A stretch of 64,000 nucleotides of DNA from Tetramitus jugosus (Eukaryota; Protista; Heterolobosea), in contig OW569351.1 of assembly GCA_937625935.1 (NCBI GenBank), positions 248,001 through 312,000 on the forward strand, in the 5' to 3' direction. Positions 53,954 to 64,000 of the stretch are shown here, piece by piece. The notes beneath the pieces are model-generated. The model saw only the letters and a list, made by a program, of their open reading frames with translations, was not told where the DNA came from and ran no database searches. Each line of letters begins with the position of its first letter. The stretch's first letter is position 1. The translations under genes were made by a program, and so were the position numbers.

Positions 53954-55642
53954 TTAGTGGTTGGTGTTGATTAAATGGTTTTCGATTTTGAGAACCCTGT
54001 CAGACATATGCGACATCATCTGGTCCATTCTGTCAAAACGCATCGTCATGGTGCTGTGCAAGTCAGAAAGAAGGGAGTAAAGTGAGTCAATGTTGTCCAG
54101 AGGACGAGTGGCAGCTCCTTGTTGTAGCTCAGTCGGTGAAATGAGGGAGAACGAGTGTAACACAAGGTCAGAGTATTTGAATCCTGTGTGCAGCGGGGCA
54201 AAAAAGAACGCACTCGCATTCTTTTGGTTCACATGCTTTGCTCCAGTTAAAACGAGTAGTTGATTCTTTCGTTTTGAGCTTGGAGGATATTCCGAACAGC
54301 TTAATCCTATAATCTTTCGCTTCTCATCTTCTATTGTCGACTGCACTGTCACGGTCTCTTCTTCGTGCTCCATTTCCAACGATCCCTCAAAGGAATAATG
54401 AAGTGGGACGAAACAAATCGAGGAGACAAAGTGATTAGCCACAACGACATGAAAATTGAATGTATCCTCACTCGTTGTTGTTGAAGGCCACTGCCTGGGA
54501 AGCACCATAGCAAAATCTGGATCGATTACGCTGCAACGAATTTCATTGGACTGAAACACGATATTGGAAGAATCCTTGCGACCAACAACTGAAATATAAC
54601 ATCCACTTTCTGAAAATTGTTGCTGAGCATTTAACTCGGAGAACGTCAGAGTTCCAGGCTCGAAAATCTCATTACTCTCCACAGCAGACAACGACAAAAC
54701 ACCCAACCCATCATCGTGGTTCGTATGCAAGTGATTCGCCAAAACACTGGTGCTGTTGCTTTGCCGGACCATGATCCACTTAGGAGGAGTCTTTTGGTTG
54801 TCAGAAACCATAGGATCCAGACTCACAATCTTCTGTTGATTAATGAAACCAAACAAGCACTGATTCATCGATAAGCAATCAATAATGATATTACCGTGTA
54901 CATCATTGCCATACAGTCGATAGAAAGACACGTGACCACTGTTCCACATGACACACAGCTCATTTCGATACAGTGAGCTACACGCATTGACACCCTTCTT
55001 ATCACATTGATCTGGCTCGATTAAACCCACCTGCCGCACTTTCGTTCCACCTTCATCAACTTGAAGAATAATAATTCGATCTTGTTTGCGTTTAGAACAA
55101 ATAGCTATCAAACTTTTTCGGGTAGAACCGTGTGATATCGCTGGAGATGATAGCACAACGCATGAAAAGTCAATTGGAACAAATAAAGAGGAAGGTAGAG
55201 ATATCTCCAGAACTTGAATCGCAGATGTGGTTGCGCAGGTCAATAAAGGGGAAAACAAGAGCACACGTAGTTTAGAACTGGACTGGTCCTGCTGCAATGC
55301 AAGTAAGAGCTGGCATTGTTCGATTTTGTTGCCCAAGCTTGCTACAGGCACGATGATGCAGTCAATAAACTTCTCATTCGGAGATGGGTCATAGCGAATG
55401 GTTTCAGCCACCTGTGGATGAGCCGTAGTTCCGTTCGGAGTATCACCAAAGTTGGCGCCAATTGTCTCAAAAGAGAACGTTTCTGTTTGAAGCAAAATGG
55501 AAAGTTGTTGAGGGTTTTGAAAGGAAGTGTACTGGTGAGATAAGATATTTGGATGGTGAGTTTTCTGAACCAAGATCTGAGAGTTTTGGTTCAGTAGTGG
55601 AAGACGAGTGCTCTTGTGGCTCTGTTCGTCAATGATCATCAT
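53954..55642 (-). CDS. Beta-propeller-like protein with C-terminal coiled coil, possibly WDCP (C2orf44)-like
   Basis: Beta-strand-rich body. DPDFAMV..VVVAN and LLVLTGAK..AFF loosely recall WDCP. Heptad C-terminal helix. Likely start 55642, since the upstream part overlaps PIG-F. Confidence 0.45.
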   Translation of the reverse strand: MMIIDEQSHKSTRLPLLNQNSQILVQKTHHPNILSHQYTSFQNPQQLSILLQTETFSFETIGANFGDTPNGTTAHPQVAETIRYDPSPNEKFIDCIIVPVASLGNKIEQCQLLLALQQDQSSSKLRVLLFSPLLTCATTSAIQVLEISLPSSLFVPIDFSCVVLSSPAISHGSTRKSLIAICSKRKQDRIIILQVDEGGTKVRQVGLIEPDQCDKKGVNACSSLYRNELCVMWNSGHVSFYRLYGNDVHGNIIIDCLSMNQCLFGFINQQKIVSLDPMVSDNQKTPPKWIMVRQSNSTSVLANHLHTNHDDGLGVLSLSAVESNEIFEPGTLTFSELNAQQQFSESGCYISVVGRKDSSNIVFQSNEIRCSVIDPDFAMVLPRQWPSTTTSEDTFNFHVVVANHFVSSICFVPLHYSFEGSLEMEHEEETVTVQSTIEDEKRKIIGLSCSEYPPSSKRKNQLLVLTGAKHVNQKNASAFFFAPLHTGFKYSDLVLHSFSLISPTELQQGAATRPLDNIDSLYSLLSDLHSTMTMRFDRMDQMMSHMSDRVLKIENHLINTNH

Positions 55643-55692
55643 CTTGTTTTTGTGGGCAACAACAACAAAAATAGCTGAACAAAAACACCATA

Positions 55693-56334
55693 ATGAAAAA
55701 GCTTTGGATTCAAGTGTTTGTTCATGTGTTGTGTGCCAGTTATATGACAATGAACTTGCTGCTATTGGGCACACCGATCTCAATTGACAACTACCAGGAA
55801 AGAATTACCAGCATCTTGAAGTTTATGGCTCCTTTGATTCTGTTGTTTGAAGCTGGATGTGTAATCATGTCATCGATCAACAAGCTACATCTAGTGATGA
55901 GAATGTTTGGCGCAATTCTGTTCGGTCCTCTTGCTTTCCTGATGCTTTCCTTCTTATTCTCTGCTCCAATGAGCATTCAATCAGCTTACTGGAGCGTTGT
56001 AATGAGTTGTAGCATACTGTTGCTGCCTGGATCACTTATCGATTACCAATTCTCAAAAATGACACCTCTAATCACAGAGGATCAAAAGGATAGTGCCAAA
56101 CGGCCAAGTATCGATTCTCTTGTGGAGAGAATGGCGATGGTCCAAATTGCCCTACCTGTTTTCTGCGTGTGGGCCAGCGCGATTGTCATTCCATTGGATT
56201 GGGATCGCCCATGGCAGTTGTGGCCAATATGTGGCACCTATGGTCTGTTGTTCGGCACAATATTAGCCAGTGTATATTCTGTGTGCTCCCTCGTGTTTCA
56301 CACCTTGATCACCGCCAAACCCAAAACCCAATGA
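55693..56334 (+). CDS. PIGF: GPI biosynthesis protein PIG-F/Gpi11
   Basis: Multi-TM protein with FLFSAP and the hallmark WASAIVIPLDWDRPWQLWPI. Confidence 0.92.
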   Translation: MKKLWIQVFVHVLCASYMTMNLLLLGTPISIDNYQERITSILKFMAPLILLFEAGCVIMSSINKLHLVMRMFGAILFGPLAFLMLSFLFSAPMSIQSAYWSVVMSCSILLLPGSLIDYQFSKMTPLITEDQKDSAKRPSIDSLVERMAMVQIALPVFCVWASAIVIPLDWDRPWQLWPICGTYGLLFGTILASVYSVCSLVFHTLITAKPKTQ

Positions 56335-56404
56335 GAAAGCATCTCCCCTAAAATAAGAAACTGAACAAACAAAAATCACACGACCAAAAACTCACAAAAA
56401 AAGA

Positions 56405-57804
56405 ATGAGAGCATCAAAGATAGTTTCATCTTCTCTGCAACAACAACAACAAAAGAGATCCTTCTCCACAAGAGCTGTCTCTCAAATTCACCACAACAAA
56501 CACAATGTATGACTCATTTCTGTTCAAACTGCACCTTCGATTGGGTGAACATCATTTGCTTGTTTCGTTTCATTTTCCCTATCATATGATATTAACACAC
56601 GTTTGATGAAAAAATACCCACATAGAGCGTTGTGATTGCGAGTGCAGTGAGAACTCCAATCGGTTCATTCAACGGAGGCTTGGCCTACTTTAGAGCTCCT
56701 CAGTTGGGTGCGTTGGCAGTGAGAGGTGCCATGGAGCGTGCAGGTGTTTCCAAGAGTGAAATTCAAGAGGTGATTCTGGGTAATGTTTTGTCTGCTGATT
56801 TGGGTCAGGCACCAGCTAGACAAGCAGTGATCGAAGCAGGTCTCTCTCACTCCACTGTCTGTACCACAATCAACAAGATGTGTGCATCTGGAATGAAGTC
56901 TGTAATGTTGGCTGCACAATCTGTGATGCTCGGTCATAACAATTGCATGATTGCTGGAGGTTTTGAGAGTATGAGCAATGCTCCATACTATGTTCCAAAG
57001 GCACGTTTTGGATACAAGTTGGGAGATGGTGCTTTGGTTGATGCAATTTTGAAGGATGGATTGTTGGATGCCTACAATGGAAAGCATATGGGATGGTGCG
57101 CAGAACAAACTGCAAGCAAATACAGTATTACACGTGAGGATCAAGATAACTATGCCTTGGAATCTTACAAGCGTGCACAAGAAGCAACAAAGAATGGATC
57201 ATTCAAGCATGAAATCATTAGTGTTGCTGTTCCAGGCAAGGGTGAAACAAAGTTTGTCAATCAGGACGAAGAACCAACCAATATCAAGTTTGAGAAGGTC
57301 CCAACCTTGAAACCTGCATTCTTGAAAGAAGGTGGTACAATCACTGCTGCCAATGCTTCTACTTTGAGCGACGGTGCAGCTGCTCTTGTTATCATGAGCG
57401 AGGACAAGGCCAGAAGAGCCGGTTTGAAGCCAATTGCACGTATTAGAGGTTTTGCTGATGCTGAAAGAGATCCTGTCGAGTTCACTATCGCCCCTGCCGA
57501 TGCTATTCCAAAGGCATTGAAGAATGCTGGTGTCGAAAAGAAGGATATTGCTTACTATGAAATCAATGAAGCATTCAGCGCTGTATCATTGGCAAATATG
57601 AGATTGTTGGACTTGGATCCTAGCATGGTCAACATTTATGGTGGTGCTGTCTCTCTGGGTCATCCTATTGGCTGCTCCGGTGCTAGAATCATCTGTACAT
57701 TGATCAGTGCCTTGAAAAACAACAATGAAACTCTTGGTGTTGCTGCTATCTGCAACGGTGGTGGAGGTGCATCCAGTGTTGTCATTGAGTTGATCCACAA
57801 CTAA
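56405..57804 (+). CDS. ACAT1: Mitochondrial acetyl-CoA acetyltransferase (exons 56405-56506, 56626-57804)
   Basis: Exon 1 encodes a presequence-like MRASKIVSS..KRSFS. Thiolase motifs NKMCASG, EINEAF, GHPIGCSG, ICNGGGG. Confidence 0.95.
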
Positions 57805-57983
57805 GTCAATAAAACTTGCCTGCCGCCAAGTCGATCCAACCCTTTTCGGTTCATTATTCCACCATTCTCCGGTAAAGCGGACAAATTTCACACAAACTTT
57901 TTTCGGTCAACAAGTGGAAGAACAAAAAACAACGCAACAAGCATCAACAAACACTCATTCCACCATCTATAGAAACGAGCTCA

Positions 57984-59447
57984 ATGAACAAATTTCTCTC
58001 ATGCCACTCACACAAGAACAAAATTTTCCGGTTTTTTGGCGCCAACAACCATCTACGCTGTGCGCGAACGGAACTCGCCGCCCAAAATCAACATTACGCG
58101 CAACAACAGCACTATCATCAACAACCAATTTTTCTCTTTGGTGATTTCTTTGATAAGGCCACGAATGAAGGCCGTCGTTTCCTATCACCTGATCAAGATG
58201 ACAATGACATTGACATTGATGATTTTGATGATATCTATGCGAATAACAACAATCACAACAAAAGCATGAACAATAGCAAGAATAATAGCAAGAGAAGATC
58301 ATCATCGATACCATCGTCGTTTGATAACGAAGAAGACTTGTTTGCTTCGTTGGTCTCCCCTTCCTATGCTCTTCCCAATTACAGTAGTGCCAATGGTGGT
58401 GTTCAAGGTGCGATCAATATTCGGCCGACTGGTGATAGAGACTTTACTGGAATGAGAATCATTTTTCTGGGCACTTGTGCAATGAGACCGAGCAACACTC
58501 GTAACGTAACATCGATTGCGCTTCAGCTACAGGGAGAAACTTGGATTTTTGATTGTGGAGAAGGTACTCAGCATCAATGTCTTCGATATGGTCTGCCCTA
58601 CAATGTTTCTAATGTGTTTATCACGCATTTGCACGGTGATCATGTCATGGGATTGCCCGGTTTGGCTACGCAGCTCAATGTCGATGGAAGAAACAGTCCT
58701 TTGCCACTGCAAGTGTTTGGGCCGTATGGACTCAGAAGGTATTTACACACGTCATTGTCTTGCACATCGGTTCGTCCGTTCAAGAAACTAGTTGTCTCGG
58801 AGTTGTTGCCCAGGGGAACAATGGGCGACAATGGTATTTATCCTGATTCGGACAATGTGTATCAAGTGCTAGAGACAGATACGCTGACTGTGAAGGCGAA
58901 GCTTATTTTGCATAGTGTGCCTTGTTTCGGTTATGTGATCGAGGAGAAGGAAGTACCTGGAACACTCAATGTAGAAAAATGCAAATTACTAGGTCTAAAC
59001 CCAGGAAGAGAATACAAGGATCTAAAGAATGGAAAGGACGTTACGCTTCCGAATGGAACAACAATCTATGCAAAGGATGTTGTTGGCGAGTCACAAAAGG
59101 GAAGAAAGATTGTTATCCTGGGTGATACATGTGATGCGAGCTCGATCGCCGAGCTTGCAAAGGATGCCACAATTGTTATTCACGAATCAACGCTGCCCGA
59201 TCAGTACAAACAAATTGTTTACAAGAGAGGTCATGCATGTCCATCCATTGCCGGATCATTCGCAAAGAGTGTGAACGCTAAAAAGTTGTTCATTACGCAC
59301 TTTGGTGGTAGATATGCTGATGATCCAGAGTTTATTCAATCAGTGATGGTACCACAAGCACAAGCGGCATTCGGAAACCTGGATGTCACAGCCGCAGAAG
59401 ATTTCCTCGTTTACAACGTACCTAGAGTAAAACCAAATACAATTTAG
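57984..59447 (+). CDS. Short-form ribonuclease Z (tRNase ZS) with N-terminal extension
   Basis: FLGT..PSNTRN, FDCGEGTQ, THLHGDH, flexible arm GLNPGREYKDLKNG, GDT, HEST, ITHFGGRY. Confidence 0.92.
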   Translation: MNKFLSCHSHKNKIFRFFGANNHLRCARTELAAQNQHYAQQQHYHQQPIFLFGDFFDKATNEGRRFLSPDQDDNDIDIDDFDDIYANNNNHNKSMNNSKNNSKRRSSSIPSSFDNEEDLFASLVSPSYALPNYSSANGGVQGAINIRPTGDRDFTGMRIIFLGTCAMRPSNTRNVTSIALQLQGETWIFDCGEGTQHQCLRYGLPYNVSNVFITHLHGDHVMGLPGLATQLNVDGRNSPLPLQVFGPYGLRRYLHTSLSCTSVRPFKKLVVSELLPRGTMGDNGIYPDSDNVYQVLETDTLTVKAKLILHSVPCFGYVIEEKEVPGTLNVEKCKLLGLNPGREYKDLKNGKDVTLPNGTTIYAKDVVGESQKGRKIVILGDTCDASSIAELAKDATIVIHESTLPDQYKQIVYKRGHACPSIAGSFAKSVNAKKLFITHFGGRYADDPEFIQSVMVPQAQAAFGNLDVTAAEDFLVYNVPRVKPNTI

Positions 59448-59480
59448 GTAAATATATACAACGAATGAACTTTATCACCA

Positions 59481-61997
59481 TTATTCAGCCTCCGATCCAC
59501 TGCTTTCATCCTCATCTTGGCTGCTGGTGAAGCTTTTCTGTCTTTCTCTCTGATTCCAATTGAATATGTTGGTCAAATTCATGAACCATTCGCTAGTTTC
59601 CTCCGTTTTACAAATGAGTGGAACTGGCCAGATGGAGGTGGTAACAATGATTGCATCACCACGCTGCAATTCTTGGCGACTCTTGCCATCAAAACTGATC
59701 CATGCTGTAGCTCGACTGTCTTGCGGCACTTTGATTGTCAAAATGGTAGAGTCAGGCAAGATAATAGGTCTAAAACTCAACGAATGAGGGCAGATTGGCG
59801 TAAGAAGCAAGCAATTCACATTTGGATGCACAATTGAACCACCAGCACTCATTGAATAAGCGGTGCTTCCTGTAGGAGTGGCCAGAATGAGACCATCTGC
59901 TTGAACTGTTGTAATATGTACATTATTGCAATAGCAATCCAAATTACACAAGTACGGACTTGGACCTCTGTCGACAACAATTTCGTTGAGCACCTGATAT
60001 CGATGATTCTCTATTGTGCCATCCTTTCTCCTAATTTTGCAAGTCAATCTCATGCGCGTTGACAAATACACTGATCCATTAAACACATGAGTAATATACT
60101 CCTTGTATCTCTTAACATTAAATGCAGTTAAAAATCCAAGAGAGCCCATATTGAATCCTAATATTGGAGGAACAGCAGATGGAAACATGGATGCCGTATG
60201 CAAGATGGTCCCATCTCCTCCAAGACAAATAATTAAATCAATCAACTTGTGAAGATTTCGATAACCTGGTTGTTGATGGGTCAACGCAGCAGAGGATGGA
60301 TTGTTCGTATCGTTTGACGATGATTCTCCAGCACCAGTCGTTGTCGATGCACTACTACTCGCACTACTGGGTCCGTTCTGTTGTTGTGTTGCACCACCGT
60401 TGCTCAAATTCCTGCCCTGAACAGAATTGAGATAGTCTGGGAACGTTTGAAGACATGGCCACTTCAATTTCTCATACACCACTGGCTCCACATACACGCT
60501 CACCTTCTTTTCATTGACCAAATAATCTACAACTCTCTCAAACTGCTTATCCGTCCTGTCCGTATGTATCTGTTTCATCACCAGTACTCTCTCTGGTCTG
60601 CGATCCCAATGCAATTCGATCGATCCTGGTGACATGATCGGGTTTCGAATATTGGCATCCTTGTACTTTTCAAACACGTACTGTGTATTGATTTGTTTCA
60701 CGAGTTGAATTCCGACTTTGCCAACATTGGGACTCGGTGGTATCAATTCCATTGGATTGATAAATCTTCCACTACCCATATTATTCACATTACTCTTACC
60801 ACTAGTATTTGCACTGGGTCCACCTGTCGCATCCAATGCATCACTCGATTGAGAATGAACAAGAGTAGAATGACCATCTGTTCCTGTTGCTGCTGCTGCT
60901 GCTGTATCCTCTATTGAAATATGGGGATTCATCGCACCAGAGTACCACAAGTGATCATCTCCATTCTCATCTTCATCATCATCATCTTCCAACAATGCAT
61001 CCGTGTGTTCCATGTGTTCATCCACAATTGAACTAGTCTTTTTATCAAATCCACTACTGCTGCTGCTACTACTGCTACTACTACTATTACCACTATTCGC
61101 AGTATAGTTACTGCCACCTAGTTTCTGTTGTTGTTGTGATTGCTGTTGTTGCTGAGAGCTTTCGTTTGTTGATTGATGTGGTTGAGAGGAATCACTTGCT
61201 TGTTGTTGTTGTTGTTGACTGTTGAGTGCCTTGTTGCTTCTCACAATGACATGAGTCGTATCTACATTCTTACTCTTGTAGTGATAGGCAGGTGCTGTGA
61301 TGGGTGTTGGTGGTGTGGTCGTTGAAGTTGCTGCTGTTGTTGTTGTAGTGGATGGTGGTGTTGTTGTTGTTGAAATGGTGGTTGATAGTGGTGGTGTCAC
61401 AGCAATAATGGCCGATGGAGGCAAGAGACTCACATCTGTGCAATAACTCCGTCTATGTTGACTTCCACTGGCATCAATCATTGTTGGTTGTTGTTGTTGT
61501 TGTTGTGAATGATGATCGAAATCAAATGGATCAATCAACAGAGAACATGAAGATGCAGGTGATTGAACAATTTGCTCTGCTGCACCCAATGCAGCAATAG
61601 GTATGGTGGTTGTGGCGGCCGTCATGGCACCCAATAGCTTTCGCTTCTTGGTTTCAATTTTTTCAGGCACGCGAATATCGTCCAATTCATTCGAGTAGTG
61701 TGTGCGCTTGCGTTTCTTTGCTGTTGTTGCTGTTGTTGAAGGCTTTGCATCTGTTTTTGTAGTATTGTCGACACTTGATGTCGTGTTGCTACTGTTATTG
61801 TGATGGTTGCTCATGTTGTTACTGTGGTTGGTTGTGGATGTTGTTGTTGTTGTTGTCGTGTGGTCACCAGTCACTATAATATCGGGATTGGTTGTTGCTA
61901 ACTCTACGATGGTTTTGTGGTTATTATTGTTGTTGTTGTCTGGGACAACAGAGGCAGTGGTTGTGGTGGCTTCGACACCCGAATCATGATTCGTCAT
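59481..61997 (-). CDS. NADK: NAD kinase with long low-complexity N-terminus
   Basis: LGGDGT, GSLGFL, VLNEIVVDRG, ADGLILATPTGSTAYSMSAGGS, ICPHSLSFRP. Confidence 0.95.
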   Translation of the reverse strand: MTNHDSGVEATTTTASVVPDNNNNNNHKTIVELATTNPDIIVTGDHTTTTTTTSTTNHSNNMSNHHNNSSNTTSSVDNTTKTDAKPSTTATTAKKRKRTHYSNELDDIRVPEKIETKKRKLLGAMTAATTTIPIAALGAAEQIVQSPASSCSLLIDPFDFDHHSQQQQQQPTMIDASGSQHRRSYCTDVSLLPPSAIIAVTPPLSTTISTTTTPPSTTTTTAATSTTTPPTPITAPAYHYKSKNVDTTHVIVRSNKALNSQQQQQQASDSSQPHQSTNESSQQQQQSQQQQKLGGSNYTANSGNSSSSSSSSSSSGFDKKTSSIVDEHMEHTDALLEDDDDEDENGDDHLWYSGAMNPHISIEDTAAAAATGTDGHSTLVHSQSSDALDATGGPSANTSGKSNVNNMGSGRFINPMELIPPSPNVGKVGIQLVKQINTQYVFEKYKDANIRNPIMSPGSIELHWDRRPERVLVMKQIHTDRTDKQFERVVDYLVNEKKVSVYVEPVVYEKLKWPCLQTFPDYLNSVQGRNLSNGGATQQQNGPSSASSSASTTTGAGESSSNDTNNPSSAALTHQQPGYRNLHKLIDLIICLGGDGTILHTASMFPSAVPPILGFNMGSLGFLTAFNVKRYKEYITHVFNGSVYLSTRMRLTCKIRRKDGTIENHRYQVLNEIVVDRGPSPYLCNLDCYCNNVHITTVQADGLILATPTGSTAYSMSAGGSIVHPNVNCLLLTPICPHSLSFRPIILPDSTILTIKVPQDSRATAWISFDGKSRQELQRGDAIIVTTSIWPVPLICKTEETSEWFMNLTNIFNWNQRERQKSFTSSQDEDESSGSEAE

Positions 61998-62254
61998 GTC
62001 TCTAGTGTTGTTGTCTATTTGGTTTGTTGTTGTTTTGGTGGCAAGTTGTAGTCGCTTGTGAATTGTTGTTTTGGGGCAATTTGATTCTTGTTGTTCGGGA
62101 GAAGTAGTTTTTGATAGGTTTATGATTGGGTGGGATCACAATGCAGTTCGAGTGCGCACTTCACAGTGGACGGTCCATTGTAATAATGGAAATTCAGGCC
62201 AAACTTACATTGAACGAGCGTGTTCCTCCGCAATAGTGTTGGATGAATAAACGT

Positions 62255-63419
62255 TTATTCATCTTCTTCCTCAAATTCTTCATCTTCGTCTTCGTCATCC
62301 TCCATTTGGTTCGTGCTGGCTGGAGCGTAAGGTTGTTGTTGTTGCTGCGGTGACATTTGTTGAGGATTGAATTGTGGCGTGGGTGAGGGCAAAACAGGGA
62401 AAGCAGAAGGCAGCTTGGAGTTAGGACTGGGAAGAGGGAATAAAGACGATGACGGTTGAGGCAGCTTTGGAGTGCTGACCATTGGCAAACTTACACCAGA
62501 TGTCGGCGTTCCTCCCATACTCAACCTTGGAGGCAGAGCGGTCGGTCCACCAGTTGCAGCAGATGGTGCAAACGGAAGAGGAGTAGGTCCACCACCAACA
62601 CCTCCACTGGCACTAGGAATAGGACGCATTGGCAATGGAGTCTTTTCACCACTACCACCACCAACGGCAGTTGGTTTAGGAACAGCCTTTGGCAACACTG
62701 AAATCGGTTGTTGCTGTTGTTGTTGTTGTTGCATGTGAGGTGGTTGCGATAAGTGCGCAGATGATTGTTGCTGCTGCTGCTGTTGCTGCAGTGGACTCTG
62801 CTGTGGTAATTGAGGGTGCTGCGTTTGTTGCTGTTGCACTTGTGCTTGTTGCAATGCCATTTGTTGTCTCTGTATGTTGACTGCACTGGGTGTGTTGGGT
62901 GTGCTGCCCGTTCTAGCTCTCGATTGCGCAAAAAGCTTTCTCTGTTCTTCAATTAGCTCTTGCTCCGTCATTCCTGTGTCCTTATTCTTTCTGGCATTCT
63001 TTGATTGTCTTGCAGCTTCAATCTTGTGAGCTCCATAGGCATCTTCCACTTCGTTTATATAGTCTGCATATCCCAAATTCTGGATTCAACAACAAATTGA
63101 TCAAAGCATTCCATGTTTCGATCGGAAAAAAAGGAGAATGGGTTAATGGTCAAGGACTCACAAGGCAATGTGGGGTAGATTAGCAATAGAGATAACGAAC
63201 CTTCAGTGCTTCAATCACGTGCTCTGGTGATATGGTTTTTTTGTTTCCTTTCAAGCATACGCCGTTTGATTCAGTGGCGATCATTTGTATGAATTCAACA
63301 CAACAGTCACATATCAGTGTAATGATATCGTTGGAACATCTGACATTTTCTCCGAGTAGATTGTCCTTGATCACTTTGCTGACGGTTGCTTTGGGTAGAC
63401 CCAGTTCATCATCTGACAT
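62255..63419 (-). CDS. DR1: Negative cofactor 2 beta/Dr1 with Q/P-rich tail (exons 63419-63201, 63079-62255)
   Basis: Histone fold LPKATVSKVIK..CCVEFI..KKTISPEHVIEALK|NLGY, and EQELIEEQRKLFAQSRAR. 121-nt intron. Confidence 0.9.
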
Positions 63420-63755
63420 TGATTCTGCTTCTTTTTCTTCGTTTTTTTTCTTGCACAAAAATGATGGTTCGGGGTATTATGATAGTGATACGGGATCGTT
63501 CATTGTTGTGGGTTGAGACTTATTTGTGTCCAGTCAGCTGATTGAACCATTGCGAAAAGGTGGGAGAGCTTGCACAACATCCTGCCAATTAACCAGCAGT
63601 AGGGAATTTGGTCAGGAATTCCCGCCATCGCGCAAAGATTCTTCGCATGCCACATCGACATTCTTTCGTCGTGCTATCATGAAACGTTTACCCCAACGAA
63701 CAAAAAACATCAAACAAACAAACAACCAAAAATCAACAACAACAATTAATTAACA

Positions 63756-64000
63756 ATGACTACATCCTTTGATTGGTTGCTAACGAGAGAGACGAGCTAT
63801 TTGCATCCTTTTCCAAACTATTATCTATTAACGGTGTCTCTATCGTTTTGCTTCTTCGCAGTGCTATACTTTGTGAGTGGATGGCTATTGCCTGGATATG
63901 CAAAATTAAAGAAGAACTGCTCACCTGGAGAGCTCAAGGATTTGAAGTCGAGAGTCGTGTCGAACGTACATGCTGTTTACGCAGTGGCCGCTGCGTTTTA
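63756..64000 (+). CDS. TLC-domain membrane protein (TMEM56/TLCD4-like), truncated by the window edge
   Basis: Open frame from ATG 63756 to the end of the window: a TM helix followed by SRVVSNVHA, the typical start of a TLC domain. Confidence 0.65.
   Translation, partial: MTTSFDWLLTRETSYLHPFPNYYLLTVSLSFCFFAVLYFVSGWLLPGYAKLKKNCSPGELKDLKSRVVSNVHAVYAVAAAF

Noticed and set aside
1-64000. CRISPR arrays, tRNA/rRNA genes, transposases, prokaryotic operons
   Set aside because: None recognised. Repeats are coding trinucleotide microsatellites, and spliceosomal introns show the DNA is eukaryotic.

Overview
This is a very gene-dense segment of a eukaryotic nuclear genome, most plausibly a flagellum-capable protist (inference: CFAP299 and a cytosolic carboxypeptidase are present). 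It uses the standard code, has short GT-AG introns of about 50-140 nt, N/Q/S/T microsatellite-encoded tracts and intergenic gaps often under 100 nt. I can support about 35 protein-coding genes, mostly housekeeping: GH81 glucanase, MTRR, PPR protein, TauE, mitochondrial carrier, GRP94, sHSP, ARV1, CFAP299, MFS, BBOX-like, NDC80, TFIIIC-102, ZC3H11-like, GLE1, Ku80, GDP-fucose synthase, ERCC1, CIP2A-like, CCP6, DPH4, PIG-F, thiolase, RNase Z, NADK, DR1 and a truncated TLC-domain gene. No tRNA, rRNA, CRISPR array or transposon was recognised. Highlights: (1) an intronless gene encoding Ser/Thr kinase - EF-hand-like - NACHT - HEAT repeats, an NLR-like receptor with a kinase as effector, head-to-head with a Topors-like RING E3; (2) two large nested inverted-repeat regions that look like structured RNAs, one filling an unusually long 739-nt first intron of the ZC3H11-like gene (which also holds a candidate poison acceptor) and one of about 330 nt between the carrier and GRP94 genes; (3) a 3-exon stand-alone DUF3506/FBXO31-type domain gene that the ORF track misses; (4) a 7-exon CIP2A homologue abutting ERCC1; (5) a GRP94/secretory sHSP divergent pair sharing an ERSE-II-like element. 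All family assignments come from motif recognition by eye; no searches were run.
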